Source: Chlamydiota bacterium (lineage in GTDB: Bacteria > Chlamydiota > Chlamydiia > Chlamydiales > SM23-39). Taken from it: a stretch of 19,027 nt of DNA. The notes below the pieces were generated by a model. That model did no database searches and had not been told where the DNA came from. It worked only from the letters and a program-made list of their open reading frames with translations. The DNA is taken from assembly GCA_048498835.1 (NCBI GenBank), contig JBEHXF010000039.1:1-19027 (forward strand), given 5' to 3'. This document shows positions 17,485 to 19,027 of this stretch, in pieces (within the stretch, counting starts at the first letter, position 1; each line of letters opens with the position of its first letter). A program made the translations under genes and the position numbers.

Positions 17485-18081
17485 ATGATTAAAGTAACGC
17501 ACAATTTAAACGAACTAACAACCCACTTTAATTACAATCAACGAATCCTGCTAAATTCAATTGAAAAATTTAAATCAGCTGATGCAGGTGAAATATTTTT
17601 TGATAAGCAAGGACGCCAATATACAAAGTGGAATCCCTCTTCTCGGTTTCTTCAGATTTTTGCTAAAGCTGTAAACTTTTTTATTCAGCTCGCCAAAGAG
17701 GGATTTGGAGAGAAAACACGAATGTCGAATCGACAAGTGAACGTATTTCACTATCGACAACAAATTCTTGCAGACATGACCGAACTGATGAAGGACAGTT
17801 TGGAAGTACTCAAGACCGCTAACGAAGAATTCCCCCAAGAAATTTCTCTACTCAGCGGCCTTGGCCCTGTAAGCGTTCAGAAAAATTTATTAAAGCATCT
17901 AGAGGACTTTATTCTCAGAGATGCGCCAACAAAATTTGATAAGGTCCCATTCCGCTTTCAGCTCCATCGGCTCCAAGAGCAGGCTTTGAGTCTTATTCAT
18001 CAAATGCCCATCCGGCACGGAATGACGCCGGAATGGTTTGTTTCATCAAGAAAACGTGAAATTGAGCAATTAATAAAATAA
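17485..18081 (+). CDS. Hypothetical protein, paralog A of a tandem pair
   Basis: 198-aa ORF with AGGG RBS. Shares G.I..DK.GR.Y and NFFI...KEGF with the next ORF. Confidence 0.8.
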   Translation: MIKVTHNLNELTTHFNYNQRILLNSIEKFKSADAGEIFFDKQGRQYTKWNPSSRFLQIFAKAVNFFIQLAKEGFGEKTRMSNRQVNVFHYRQQILADMTELMKDSLEVLKTANEEFPQEISLLSGLGPVSVQKNLLKHLEDFILRDAPTKFDKVPFRFQLHRLQEQALSLIHQMPIRHGMTPEWFVSSRKREIEQLIK

Positions 18082-18109
18082 TCTTAATAATAAAATAGGG
18101 AATTTAATT

Positions 18110-18628
18110 ATGGGTTCAAAAATTAAAAATCACACATTTTATACAGATCACATTAAAATCAAATCGGAGATCGAAGCTCTCCAATCTGAAATAAAAGAAT
18201 TTGATCGAGTGACAGATGGCAACATCCATCTGGATAAACACGGTAGAGAATACTCTTTATTCCAAGGCCAAAACAAATTTACTAAGCTATTTGAGGGAGT
18301 CATTAATTTCTTCATTCGGGTGTATAAAGAGGGGTTTAATCAAGATCGAGCATTGAAAAGAGTGATTGATTATCAACAAAACATTCTAGATTCAATGGCA
18401 AAGAGAGTTCACACCTGTGTAGAAACCATGCATAGAGTCTACCGAAACTTCCCTCAAGATGCAGTCACCCATGAAATCTACAGCGCTAAGGGTATCATCA
18501 AAAACTTGATTGAACCTTTGAACAATTTATTAATTCATAATGATTTGAATCAGGAATTATTCAAAAAGAACTTTGATGAACTCGATGATTTTCATGACTT
18601 TGTATTGACCGAGTTAGCAATGAGATAA
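18110..18628 (+). CDS. Hypothetical protein, paralog B of a tandem pair
   Basis: 172-aa ORF with AGGGA RBS. Similar to paralog A along its length. Confidence 0.8.
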   Translation: MGSKIKNHTFYTDHIKIKSEIEALQSEIKEFDRVTDGNIHLDKHGREYSLFQGQNKFTKLFEGVINFFIRVYKEGFNQDRALKRVIDYQQNILDSMAKRVHTCVETMHRVYRNFPQDAVTHEIYSAKGIIKNLIEPLNNLLIHNDLNQELFKKNFDELDDFHDFVLTELAMR

Positions 18629-18654
18629 AAAACTTTAGGTTTAGGTGAGGTCGG

Positions 18655-18691
18655 ATGGCAATTTGCATAACGCAGGTTGCCATTTTTTTTT
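18655..18691 (+). terminator. Rho-independent terminator after the paralog pair
   Basis: ATGGCAATTTGC-ATAAC-GCAGGTTGCCAT (12 bp with two G.U pairs) followed by a T-run to 18691. Confidence 0.85.
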
Positions 18692-18696
18692 GGAAA

Positions 18697-19027
18697 GAAG
18701 CCGCATTGGCGGCTTCCGATCGCAGGTTTTCAAGTTTCGGAGGTGGCTGCCCCGCAGGGGCATGAGAAAAGGCCACACCTTTTCTCGCATGCGCTACTTA
18801 ACGTGCGCATGGGATGCCCTCGCGGATCCGGTTCGCGCCAGAGGCGCTTCACGATCAATCATCACGCAAGCCAAACTGTTGGCTTGCTCCTTTTCGATGC
18901 GAAAAGGATGATTGAACCCAGGCCGGCGGTCTCGCTCGGTTTTTCGAAACGAAAAACATCGAACTCAACTCGACTCCCACCTTCGGAAGCCGCATTTGCG
19001 GCTTCCGATCGCAGGTTTTCACGTTTC
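18697..19027 (+). repeat. 42-bp direct repeat (289-nt period) enclosing a densely structured non-coding element; candidate ncRNA or palindromic mobile repeat, truncated by the window edge
   Basis: 18697-18738 and 18986-19027 match at 40/42. Each begins with a GAAGCCGC/GCGGCTTC hairpin, and at least seven further stems plus a closing helix lie between them. Confidence 0.75.

Noticed and set aside
18634..18650. TTTAGG TTTAGG TGAGG mini-repeat
   Set aside because: Too short to distinguish from chance.
18561..18911. ORFs 18645..18911 (+) and 18561..18776 (-)
   Set aside because: They run through a terminator and the palindromic element, have no protein-like features, and are best explained as chance frames.
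18697..19027. CRISPR array
   Set aside because: Only two repeat copies are visible, the 247-nt interval is far longer than a spacer and is itself highly structured, and there are no cas genes in the window.
18697..19027. RNase P RNA, tmRNA, SRP RNA, tRNA or group II intron
   Set aside because: I found no GAGGAAAGTCC P4 motif, tRNA-like ends or T-loop, SRP helix-8 motif, or domain V pattern on either strand by eye. An Rfam scan is still needed.

Overview
This window looks like chromosome from an environmental member of the Chlamydiota. That is an inference from the kdsD / E2 / lpxK / trmH / SAM-MTase and nrdR-dksA-lspA neighbourhood recalled from Chlamydia, a MOMP-like porin, and a one-cysteine DksA. 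The presence of icd and gmhA argues against Chlamydiaceae. Left to right: a probable stable-RNA (rrn-like) leader running off the left edge on the minus strand; a Cys-rich MOMP-like porin with a structured 5' leader and terminator; nhaD, kdsD, icd, a 64-aa membrane microprotein, an E2-lpxK-gmhA block and asd; a divergent pair of Inc-like orphan membrane proteins; a gap-free 8-gene minus-strand operon (nrdR, dksA, lspA, hypothetical, cinA, SAM-MTase, trmH-like, rluA-like); and two tandem paralogous orphans in AT-rich DNA. The most unusual element is at the right edge. It is a GC-rich non-coding unit with a 289-nt period, bounded by a 42-bp near-perfect direct repeat and packed almost end to end with hairpins, a three-way junction and a long-range closing stem. 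The second copy runs off the window. Two smaller REP-like intergenic elements are also present. All calls come from reading motifs by eye; no searches were run.
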